Positions 17,722 through 25,592 of a stretch of DNA of 64,000 nt are shown piece after piece. The translations under genes and the position numbers were made by a program. Position 1 is the first letter of the stretch; every line of letters begins with the position of its first letter. The stretch comes from Lachnospiraceae bacterium (GTDB lineage Bacteria; Bacillota; Clostridia; Lachnospirales; Lachnospiraceae): assembly GCA_017395635.1 (NCBI GenBank), contig JAFQOE010000058.1:92202-156201 (forward strand). The letters run 5' to 3'. The notes under the pieces are model-generated. The model was not told the origin of the DNA. It did not search any database and saw only the letters and a list, made by a program, of their open reading frames with translations.

Positions 17722-17929
17722 TAGGCGTTTGTGAAACTCGAATATACGTTATGAAGCTTGTGCAAGTATAACAGCACCAACGCAGGACGTTTGCACTTGC
17801 CACAATGCGTAACGGTACTAAGCTCGACTTCGTCTTGCTAAGTACCGACGGATTGTGAAGCACCTGCTTATGGTACTTGTTAAACTTACACAAAGCAATG
17901 ACAGTTTTTGAGAGTTTCGTAATTACCTA
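17722..17929. mobile_element. Foldback MITE copy 2 (208 bp) with a 12-bp target-site duplication
   Basis: TAGGCGTTTGTGAAACTC ... GAGTTTCGTAATTACCTA, flanked by ATATATCATTTA at 17710-17721 and 17930-17941. Confidence 0.85.
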
Positions 17930-18008
17930 ATATATCATTTATACAAGGTATTATATATAAGAGTTTGAGGATAATACATTCTATAAAAGACATATATGGT
18001 TTGTTAAA

Positions 18009-18040
18009 AATAGAGACAAGAGAAAACTCTTGTCTCTATT
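18009..18040 (-). terminator. Intrinsic terminator downstream of the glycyl-radical cistron
   Basis: 12-bp stem AATAGAGACAAG/CTTGTCTCTATT. T-rich on the minus strand. Confidence 0.6.
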
Positions 18041-18056
18041 AAAGATTGTTATTATT

Positions 18057-18193
18057 CTGCTAAGCCACTAGCTCCATTACGCTACGCTTCATGTCGCTGA
18101 GCGCTGCGCGCTATATGCATATTTTGTGAGAAGTCGCTCGTTGTGAGCAAGCTCCCAGAGCAACTTTTACAAAATAAGCGCATGGCTTAGCAG
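18057..18193. repeat. GC-rich compound hairpin (REP-like) closed by an 11-bp stem
   Basis: CTGCTAAGCCA (18057-18067) pairs with TGGCTTAGCAG (18183-18193). Internal sub-hairpins. Confidence 0.65.
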
Positions 18194-18197
18194 GTAA

Positions 18198-18440
18198 TCA
18201 CATTGCCTGATGGAATGTTCTTGAGATAACGTCTGCCTGCTGTTCTGGAGTTAACTTAACGAAGTTAACAGCATATCCAGAAACACGGATTGTTAACTGT
18301 GGATAGTTCTCTGGATGAGCCTGAGCATCTAATAATGTATCACGATTTAATACGTTAACGTTAAGGTGGTAACCACCATCAGCTACATAACCATCTAACA
18401 TGTTAACTAAGTTATCAATCTGCTGTGTATTGTTTTCCAT
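18198..18440 (-). CDS. Stand-alone glycyl-radical domain protein (GrcA/YfiD-like, 80 aa)
   Basis: [59 protein letters not shown] corresponds to the PflB C-terminal radical domain with the RVSGYAV motif. Own RBS AAGGAGGA. Confidence 0.9.
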   Translation of the reverse strand: MENNTQQIDNLVNMLDGYVADGGYHLNVNVLNRDTLLDAQAHPENYPQLTIRVSGYAVNFVKLTPEQQADVISRTFHQAM

Positions 18441-18453
18441 TGTAAAATCCTCC

Positions 18454-18669
18454 TTAATTATTCTTCAATTCTTCATCCATACCTTCCATCAAAGTGGGAA
18501 CGCTACAAGCCAAATCCCCTTTGGCACAGTCGGTACAGCCTAATGTTGCAGTGGTTTTTTCACCATCTGCAATGGCGTCGTCTATGGATACATTCACATG
18601 TCCCTGTCCGTCGCCCATCATCTGATCTAACATTGCAACAATGTCGTCTATTTGATTCTTGTCTGCCAT
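18454..18669 (-). CDS. 71-aa paralog of the N-terminal part of the glycyl-radical module, with a Cys-containing acidic tail and no radical motif
   Basis: RBS GGAGG 6 nt before ATG 18669. [29 protein letters not shown] parallels [28 protein letters not shown] of the next cistron, then continues ...[29 protein letters not shown]. Confidence 0.7.
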   Translation of the reverse strand: MADKNQIDDIVAMLDQMMGDGQGHVNVSIDDAIADGEKTTATLGCTDCAKGDLACSVPTLMEGMDEELKNN

Positions 18670-18766
18670 AATAACCTCCAAGCCTTTCAATTAACATTGT
18701 CCTTCGTTAAGGATGCCGGTGGTTGTTGCCAACCACCAAGCATCTCATTCGTTCATAAATGAAATC

Positions 18767-20806
18767 TTACTTGTTTAAGTCGATTTCGATATCTCCTGCA
18801 AATACCTGATCTTCTTTACCAAGAGCACCTGGGATGATAGTAAATGTATTAGAAATACCATCCTGAGCATCCTTAAATGGAATCTTAGCAACTGAAGCAA
18901 GTGAAGCTACAGCACCGTGAGTATCTCTCTTGTGAAGTGGGTTAGCACCTGGAGCGAATGGTTCACCTTTCTTTCTTCCACATGGTGTATCACCAGTAGC
19001 CTTACCATATGTTACGTTAGAAGTAATTGTAAGGATAGAAGTTGTAGGAAGACCATTTCTGTATACATGGTGTGTACGAATCATGTTCATGAATGTTGTT
19101 ACTAAGTTAGTAGCTAACTCATCAACACGGTCATCGTTGTTACCATATTTAGGGAAATCACCCTCTACTTCGTAGCTTACTACGATACCAGCTTCGTTAC
19201 GAACTGGCTTAACCTTAGCATACTTGATAGCTGATAATGAGTCAGCTACTACTGAAAGACCAGCGATACCTGTTGCAAAGTATCTCTTAACGTCTCTATC
19301 ATGTAATGCCATCTGAATTCTCTCGTAAGCATACTTGTCATGCATATAGTGGATGATGTTCAATGAGCTTACATAAACTCTTGCTAACCAATCCATCATA
19401 TCAACGTACTTAGCCCAAACATCATCGAAGTCAAGGTACTCACCCTCAACCGGACGGTACTTAGGACCAACCTGTACGCCTGAAACCTCATCAACACCAC
19501 CGTTGATAGCGTAAAGTAAACATTTAGCAAGGTTAGCACGTGCTCCGAAGAACTGCATTTCCTTACCGATAACCATTGAAGATACGCAACATGCGATACC
19601 GTAGTCATCACCATGGTCATTTCTCATTAAGTCGTCGTTCTCGTACTGAATTGAAGAAGACTTGATAGACATCTTAGCACAGAACTTCTTGAATCCTTCT
19701 GGAAGTCTTGTTGACCACAATACTGTCATGTTTGGTTCTGGTGCAGTACCTAAGTTGTTCAATGTGTTCAAGAAACGGAATGTCATCTTAGAAACTAATG
19801 TACGTCCGTCTGTACCCATACCACCTAATGACTCTGTAATCCATACTGGGTCACCAGCGAAAATCTGGTTGTACTCTGGTGTACGAGCGAACTTAACACA
19901 TCTTAACTTCATAACGAAGTGATCGATGAACTCCTGAATCTGCTCTTCTGTGTACTTGCCAGCAGCTAAGTCTCTCTGAGCGTATACATCTAAGAAAGTA
20001 GATGTACGTCCAAGTGACATAGCAGCACCATTCTGCTCCTTAACAGCTCCAAGGTATGCGAAGTATGTCCACTGAATAGCTTCCTTAACGTCTGAAGCTG
20101 GCTGAGAAATATCAAAGCCGTAAGCTGCAGCCATCTTTGTTAACTCTTTAAGAGCCTTGATCTGCTCAGAAATCTCTTCCTTACCACGGATAACATCATC
20201 TGTGTAAACGTTACCGAAAGATTCCTTCTGCTGTAACTTATCCTTAATTAAGAAATCTGTACCATAAAGAGCAACTCTTCTGTAGTCACCGATGATACGT
20301 CCACGACCGTAAGCATCTGGAAGACCTGTAATGATGTGGTTAGAACGACAAACTCTGATCTCCTCATCATATACATCGAATACACCTTCGTTGTGTGTTT
20401 TTCTGTGCTTAGCGAAGAAGTCAACAACTTCCTCATCTACTGTATATCCATTATCTTCACAAGCTTTCATAGCCATACGAAGACCACCATATACGTTCAT
20501 ACCTCTCTTGAAAGGCTTATCTGTCTGGAAACCAACGATAGTCTCTTTGTCTTTGTCAAGGTATCCCGGACCGTGTGATGTTAAAGAAGAAACAATCTTA
20601 GTATCCATATCAAGAACACCGCCTGCTTCTCTTTCCTTCTTAGTTAATTCCATAACCTGTGCCCAAAGGTCTGTTGTGTTCTGAGTAGGTCCAGCTAAGA
20701 AAGAATCATCACCTTCATATGGTGTGTAGTTCTTCTGAATAAAGTTACGAACATCTACGAACTTCTCCCAATTGCCACCCTTGAAACCATTCCATTCTGA
20801 TCTCAT
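18767..20806 (-). CDS. pflB: Pyruvate formate-lyase catalytic barrel lacking the C-terminal glycyl-radical domain (679 aa)
   Basis: MRSEWNGFKGGNWE..., active-site GIACCVSS. Ends ...IIPGALGKEDQVFAGDIEIDLNK, where full-length PflB continues into the radical domain. RBS GGAGGAA before ATG 20806. Confidence 0.9.
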   Translation of the reverse strand: MRSEWNGFKGGNWEKFVDVRNFIQKNYTPYEGDDSFLAGPTQNTTDLWAQVMELTKKEREAGGVLDMDTKIVSSLTSHGPGYLDKDKETIVGFQTDKPFKRGMNVYGGLRMAMKACEDNGYTVDEEVVDFFAKHRKTHNEGVFDVYDEEIRVCRSNHIITGLPDAYGRGRIIGDYRRVALYGTDFLIKDKLQQKESFGNVYTDDVIRGKEEISEQIKALKELTKMAAAYGFDISQPASDVKEAIQWTYFAYLGAVKEQNGAAMSLGRTSTFLDVYAQRDLAAGKYTEEQIQEFIDHFVMKLRCVKFARTPEYNQIFAGDPVWITESLGGMGTDGRTLVSKMTFRFLNTLNNLGTAPEPNMTVLWSTRLPEGFKKFCAKMSIKSSSIQYENDDLMRNDHGDDYGIACCVSSMVIGKEMQFFGARANLAKCLLYAINGGVDEVSGVQVGPKYRPVEGEYLDFDDVWAKYVDMMDWLARVYVSSLNIIHYMHDKYAYERIQMALHDRDVKRYFATGIAGLSVVADSLSAIKYAKVKPVRNEAGIVVSYEVEGDFPKYGNNDDRVDELATNLVTTFMNMIRTHHVYRNGLPTTSILTITSNVTYGKATGDTPCGRKKGEPFAPGANPLHKRDTHGAVASLASVAKIPFKDAQDGISNTFTIIPGALGKEDQVFAGDIEIDLNK

Positions 20807-21113
20807 TATAAAATTCCTCCTTGTAAAAATAAATTTTAGGATGTGCATTATAACAGTTCAGAGCCGGATTCTGAAATGCAAGCATTTCGCTGTCTTTGTA
20901 TTGAAATTGCTTGACTCTGCACTATTACAAATCCTCATGACTTAATTATAGTTTTATATTGTATACACGTCAACGGAAAAGTGGTTCGAAAAGTGTACTT
21001 TTTTGAATACACAAATCGAATTTTGGAAAAAGAGGAAATGAAACAAAGCAAGTAAATATCAGTATTTGGAGGTGGGGGCAAATTGTATACACAAGATGTA
21101 GGTGGAGGTAAGA

Positions 21114-21218
21114 ATGTCATGGTTTGAAATGAAGATTAAGATCAAATTTTTGTTAATTGCATTATTTTCTATTGAAAAAGAAGTGAATACTCTTGTGAAT
21201 AGATACAAAATAGAATAA
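21114..21218 (+). CDS. Candidate small ORF / leader peptide (34 aa) upstream of the MFS transporter
   Basis: ATG 6 nt after GGTGGAGGTAAG. MSWFEMKIKIKFLLIALFSIEKEVNTLVNRYKIE. No other support. Confidence 0.25.
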   Translation: MSWFEMKIKIKFLLIALFSIEKEVNTLVNRYKIE

Positions 21219-21304
21219 AGTAAAAGTATGGTCAGATTTAATTGACGGACAAGAGAATAATTATGGTAAATTATTCATTTCAGAAAAGGTTATAGGATAG
21301 AAAA

Positions 21305-22570
21305 ATGACAAAACAGATAAAAGAATGCAGAAATAGATATGGAGTATATCTGATTATCACGCTGATAAGCATACAGTTTTATGATGCGTATAGTAGCGAG
21401 TTATATAGTCGCATACAATCCTTATATATCAAAGAATTTCTTCTGGATGGGAAAGGAATGTCAGCAGATAAGGCAATCGCTTATTTGAGCAATTTGATGA
21501 TTCCTTGCTATCTTTTTATTATGCTTGCTCCTGCCTGTAGAAGTTTGGCAGATAAATTCGGAAGAAAAAGAATGTTGATGATTAGTGTTTTGGGTATATT
21601 GATGGGCAGTGGGATATGTGCATTTTCTACATCGATTTACATATTTTTGATTGGCAATATGATTTTGAATTTCTCGAATAGTCTTGATATTCACAATTTC
21701 TACATTATAGAAGAAATTCCAAAGAACCAACAGGGAAAAATGAGAGGAATCACAGGTGGGATTGCAGCACTTGCTGCAATTAGTATTCCTGTACTGCGCA
21801 GTATGTTTGTAAATGCCGGTAGCCAAGGGTGGCGTAAACTATATGGTGCTGTAATTGTAGTGGGAATAGTGTTAATCGTAATGGCTTGCTTCTTGCTTGA
21901 AACAAAAGAATATGAATTAAAAAAGGAGGAGCAGACATATATAAAAAAAGGATTTCCAAGAGACATAAAAATGCAGACGAAACAGTTGATAAATAATCAT
22001 AAGCAGATGTGGAAAGGCAGAAAAATACATTTGCTATTGCTTTTTTTATATGGTATAGCTACAGCGGGAGTTACATTTTATAACGAGCCATTGCTGTCAT
22101 TTTCAGGATTACCGGAAAACATATTAGAGAAGATTTTGTTGGTGCAACCTGGTGTGTGTTGTATTGTTTTAATGCTTGGAGGTCGTATGGCAGACCGCTA
22201 TGGATGGAAAAAGGTTATAACTGGAATGGTTGTGTTATCTATGATAGGATGCTTAGGCTTTGTGGGTTTGAAAGATAACATGAACTGGTGGATTGTGATA
22301 GGTGTATGTTATGGAGTTATGCTCGGTGGGTATTGGAGTGCATATCATTTACTGGAATTCTTGTTCATAAGAGAGGCTACAATCCATCGGAGAGGGGAAT
22401 ATTCCGCAGTCATCACCTACATCAATGGAATCGGTAATGCCATCGGTATTGGTTTGTTTACGGTGCTACTACAGTTATTACCTCTACAAGCAATTAAATT
22501 GATAATAGTGATTCCGGTTTTATTGATAGTAGTGTATTTGTTAAGCAAAATTAAGCTTGTAGAGAGTTAA
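21305..22570 (+). CDS. MFS transporter
   Basis: About 12 hydrophobic segments. Loop motif LADKFGRKRML (MFS motif A-like) and its repeat GGRMADRYGWKK in the second half. Confidence 0.8.
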   Translation: MTKQIKECRNRYGVYLIITLISIQFYDAYSSELYSRIQSLYIKEFLLDGKGMSADKAIAYLSNLMIPCYLFIMLAPACRSLADKFGRKRMLMISVLGILMGSGICAFSTSIYIFLIGNMILNFSNSLDIHNFYIIEEIPKNQQGKMRGITGGIAALAAISIPVLRSMFVNAGSQGWRKLYGAVIVVGIVLIVMACFLLETKEYELKKEEQTYIKKGFPRDIKMQTKQLINNHKQMWKGRKIHLLLLFLYGIATAGVTFYNEPLLSFSGLPENILEKILLVQPGVCCIVLMLGGRMADRYGWKKVITGMVVLSMIGCLGFVGLKDNMNWWIVIGVCYGVMLGGYWSAYHLLEFLFIREATIHRRGEYSAVITYINGIGNAIGIGLFTVLLQLLPLQAIKLIIVIPVLLIVVYLLSKIKLVES

Positions 22571-24480
22571 GGAAGTTCCTTAATTGCACGAATGAACCGT
22601 TCCCTGTGCAAGTTACGTAACACAAAATGTTCGATGACAAAGTTGGATACAATTGTGATAACCAATGAGGGAATTGCTAACACATATATCTGACAGTGCC
22701 ATACAACAATAAAGAAAAAAATACCGAATAATAACCAGGACAAAGAAATTAACCAAGGGCGCAGAGTAGGAACTCTGTGAACGTATAACATCCGGTCAGA
22801 TTCTGGCCATATTGTTTCTAAAGGTAAACCTTTATCAATATATTCCATGCTATGGGAAAAGATTCCTCTTGCAACGTCAACCTCCTTGATTTTTCCTTGA
22901 GATTGTAAATGGAGAAATACCCGTTCTGTGTAGGTTATGTCCTGGTCTGCATAGGAACTGGCAAATGCAAGTTGTGCAAGGGACATATAATTCGAATTGG
23001 TTCCGAGCAATGTAATAATGTTGATAATAGAAAGGGCAATCAAAAAAAGAACGATAAAAGTTGCAAAAAATGTATCAGATGGTACGCGAAGATAGATGTA
23101 CATAGTTGGTATCAACTGATAGAGGATTGCAATACACAAAATCATGATATTAAACCCCATAAGTACAGTAGTGGTAACTAGGATGAAATTGTAGATTCGA
23201 CCATATGTCATAGAAAAAATGTGTTGAAAGCAAGTGGTGGAGTGTACATGTGCAGTGGTGTAGTAATATTCGTGCTCTGGATTGAATTGTGTGATTTCAT
23301 ATTCTCGGCGATATATCTTTGCCATTCCACGCAAAGAATCTGGTTTTTCACCAGTGGACAAGGTTAGGGAATCATAGTAGCAACTATAGTTCTTCTGGTT
23401 ATAATATCGATCTAGGTACATTGCCAGGGCACAAACCAAACAGGTTCCGGCAAGCAAAAATGGAAAACTTTGTGCAAGGATAGATAGAATTAAGCAAATA
23501 ACAAGGATAATGCCGGTAGCTAAGCGAATTACCTGGCGAAATTGTTCGCGTTGTGTGTGTGGATGACTTGTGATTTTGTAAGGTTTGATTTGAAGTTTAC
23601 CATAATCCTGTGTGTTTTTTAATAGTTCGGAAATTTCAGGATTTAAATCAAAATTATCGTAATAGGTTTGAAGAATACTATATTTCTTTGCCATATTCAT
23701 ATGATTGAGACGGGCTGCAAGCAATATAGTGGAAAGCATTAAGAGAAAGGCGCAGGAAGGAACAGAAGACATAGGCGATTCAATTGTATTTTCTGGTAAA
23801 ATAAATGGCAACACAAAATATACCAATTGTAAGGAATTGGCAACAATGAGACTGATGGTGAAAAAACTTAGGTGGTGGCGTTTCTTTTGTAAATAGCTAC
23901 TAATCGTATGTCTGGTAGCAGTATCTGAAAGATGAAAACTGGAGTATTCAGAAGCATTAATTTTTAGATAGGCCTCATATTTTCCATAAGCAAGTTGTGA
24001 GTTGAACATGGAAAATATAATAATCCATGTTATATATTGCCATGGCTCATGACAAAATAATTGTAATTTCGTTTTCAGTTCTTCTTCGGCAGACAGAGTA
24101 TCCTCTATGAAATTTCTGATATCTTCCGCTTTTTTAGCATCCATGTCACAGGCAGTCTGAACGAGCTGCTGATAATAATCATACATTTTTTCAACATCAA
24201 TACTGTCACAAAAGCAAGCGGTAGGATAACGGTTGCTTTTTTCTTTCGGGCGCATTAATTCTGTAAAAGCGTTTCGGATGTTAGCTTCTCCCTGATAAGA
24301 GTATTCCATATTAGCTAGAAAATAGCCAATTTCATTATCCTGAAAATCCTGTTCCGTATAAAGAGAAGGGTATACTAATTCTTTGATGATTGTATTTACC
24401 CGATAGGTTCCGTTTGCATTTTTCTCATAATGTAAATCAAATAATGTTTCTAGTGTTAAGAAAATATCTCTAAGAATCAT
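22567..24480 (-). CDS. Orphan polytopic membrane protein (637 aa) with a ~170-aa soluble N-terminal domain
   Basis: ATG 24480 lies 7 nt after AAGGGGG. Multiple TM segments. No recognisable motif. Its stop shares the tetranucleotide TTAA (22567-22570) with the convergent MFS gene. Confidence 0.65.
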   Translation of the reverse strand: MILRDIFLTLETLFDLHYEKNANGTYRVNTIIKELVYPSLYTEQDFQDNEIGYFLANMEYSYQGEANIRNAFTELMRPKEKSNRYPTACFCDSIDVEKMYDYYQQLVQTACDMDAKKAEDIRNFIEDTLSAEEELKTKLQLFCHEPWQYITWIIIFSMFNSQLAYGKYEAYLKINASEYSSFHLSDTATRHTISSYLQKKRHHLSFFTISLIVANSLQLVYFVLPFILPENTIESPMSSVPSCAFLLMLSTILLAARLNHMNMAKKYSILQTYYDNFDLNPEISELLKNTQDYGKLQIKPYKITSHPHTQREQFRQVIRLATGIILVICLILSILAQSFPFLLAGTCLVCALAMYLDRYYNQKNYSCYYDSLTLSTGEKPDSLRGMAKIYRREYEITQFNPEHEYYYTTAHVHSTTCFQHIFSMTYGRIYNFILVTTTVLMGFNIMILCIAILYQLIPTMYIYLRVPSDTFFATFIVLFLIALSIINIITLLGTNSNYMSLAQLAFASSYADQDITYTERVFLHLQSQGKIKEVDVARGIFSHSMEYIDKGLPLETIWPESDRMLYVHRVPTLRPWLISLSWLLFGIFFFIVVWHCQIYVLAIPSLVITIVSNFVIEHFVLRNLHRERFIRAIKELP

Positions 24481-24808
24481 AGTCATCCCCCTTAGTATAT
24501 ACAATCTTTTAAGAGTATAGCATAAAGTCATATTTTATGAAAGAATGCTATATTGGTTTTGGAAATGTGACAAAACACTGCACTTTTCATGCTAGTGCGG
24601 TGAAAATATTGTCATTTTCTGTCTTTTTTTCTATGGTGAAATTAAGGAATTCGAATTTCATATTTTGCAAAATGTGTTTTCTATTTTAAACAGAATTTAA
24701 ATTAAAAAGTTATAACAATATTTTCAAAGTGACAGATTGTGTCTATGGCTATTTGTTATACTAAACACACGTTTAAAGGAAAAATTAAATGTAAAGGTGC
24801 AGAAGATA

Positions 24809-25564
24809 ATGGACAAGAAGGTAGAAAGAATTATTAATCTATATAGTAGCTTTTTGGAGGGAAAAGTTGTTAATAAGAAAGAGGAAGCAGAACGATTTGA
24901 AGTGAATCAAAGAACAATACAAAGAGACATTGATGACATTCGAATGTGTTTTGCAAATGATATGAAGGTAAACTGGCAAGTTGTATACGATCGCAATAAG
25001 AATGGATATGTGCTTGTTCGAGAGGGTGATACTCGATTGAATAGTCAAGAAATTTTTATGTTATGCGAAGTGTTTTTAAAAAGTAGAATTCTAGCTAAGG
25101 AAGAGATGATTTCTGTGGTTGACAAGCTTGTACAAACTTGTGTGTCACGGGAGGAAAAGCAGAAAGTTATATCGTTACTAGCAAAAGAGAAAATGCAATA
25201 TGAAGGATTGGAACAAGAGACGATATCGCAACAGTTGATTAAAAATTTTAATGATGCAGTCTATACACAGCGTGTGGTTCGGATACAGCATCTGGCTGAT
25301 GTGGGAAAAGAGCCTGTATGGCAGAGTGTTCAACCAATAGGGATAGTTTTTTCGGGAAAACATTTTTATCTTACAGCATATGTGCATACAAAGGAAGAAG
25401 AGAAAAAATATGTTAAAGATAAACAGTCAGTAGTCTATCGATTAGATAAGATAATGGATTATCGTGTTTTACAAGAACATTTTCATGTTCCCTACAAGAA
25501 TCAGTATGAAGAAACAGATTTTTACAAATTAATAGAGAGTGAAATTTCGGCGACAGGAGAATGA
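24809..25564 (+). CDS. HTH + WYL-domain transcriptional regulator
   Basis: ATG 24809. ERFEVNQRTIQRDIDDI (DeoR-type HTH) and ...IGIVFSGKHFYLTAYV...VVYRLDKIMDYRVL (WYL signature). Confidence 0.8.
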   Translation: MDKKVERIINLYSSFLEGKVVNKKEEAERFEVNQRTIQRDIDDIRMCFANDMKVNWQVVYDRNKNGYVLVREGDTRLNSQEIFMLCEVFLKSRILAKEEMISVVDKLVQTCVSREEKQKVISLLAKEKMQYEGLEQETISQQLIKNFNDAVYTQRVVRIQHLADVGKEPVWQSVQPIGIVFSGKHFYLTAYVHTKEEEKKYVKDKQSVVYRLDKIMDYRVLQEHFHVPYKNQYEETDFYKLIESEISATGE

Positions 25565-25592
25565 TAGTGGTTTAGTGGAAGGAGAAGAAGGT

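Noticed and set aside
15938-18193. Clustered GC-rich hairpins as a possible CRISPR array
   Set aside because: The repeats are neither identical nor regularly spaced. They are individually palindromic with variable stems, there is no repeat-spacer periodicity, and no cas genes are present.
18441-18766. Possibility that the pflB split is a frameshift/assembly artefact, or an intron or intein
   Set aside because: The two halves are separated by ~326 nt, not by a single indel. Each of the three cistrons has its own canonical SD and ATG. The intervening ORF is a diverged duplicate of exon-like sequence rather than a homing endonuclease, and no intein motifs are visible. Resequencing is still the decisive check.
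20849-21304. Riboswitch (for example the pfl/ZTP motif) upstream of pflB
   Set aside because: I could not find the conserved pseudoknot or GC-rich core by eye in the leader. An Rfam scan would be needed to exclude it formally.
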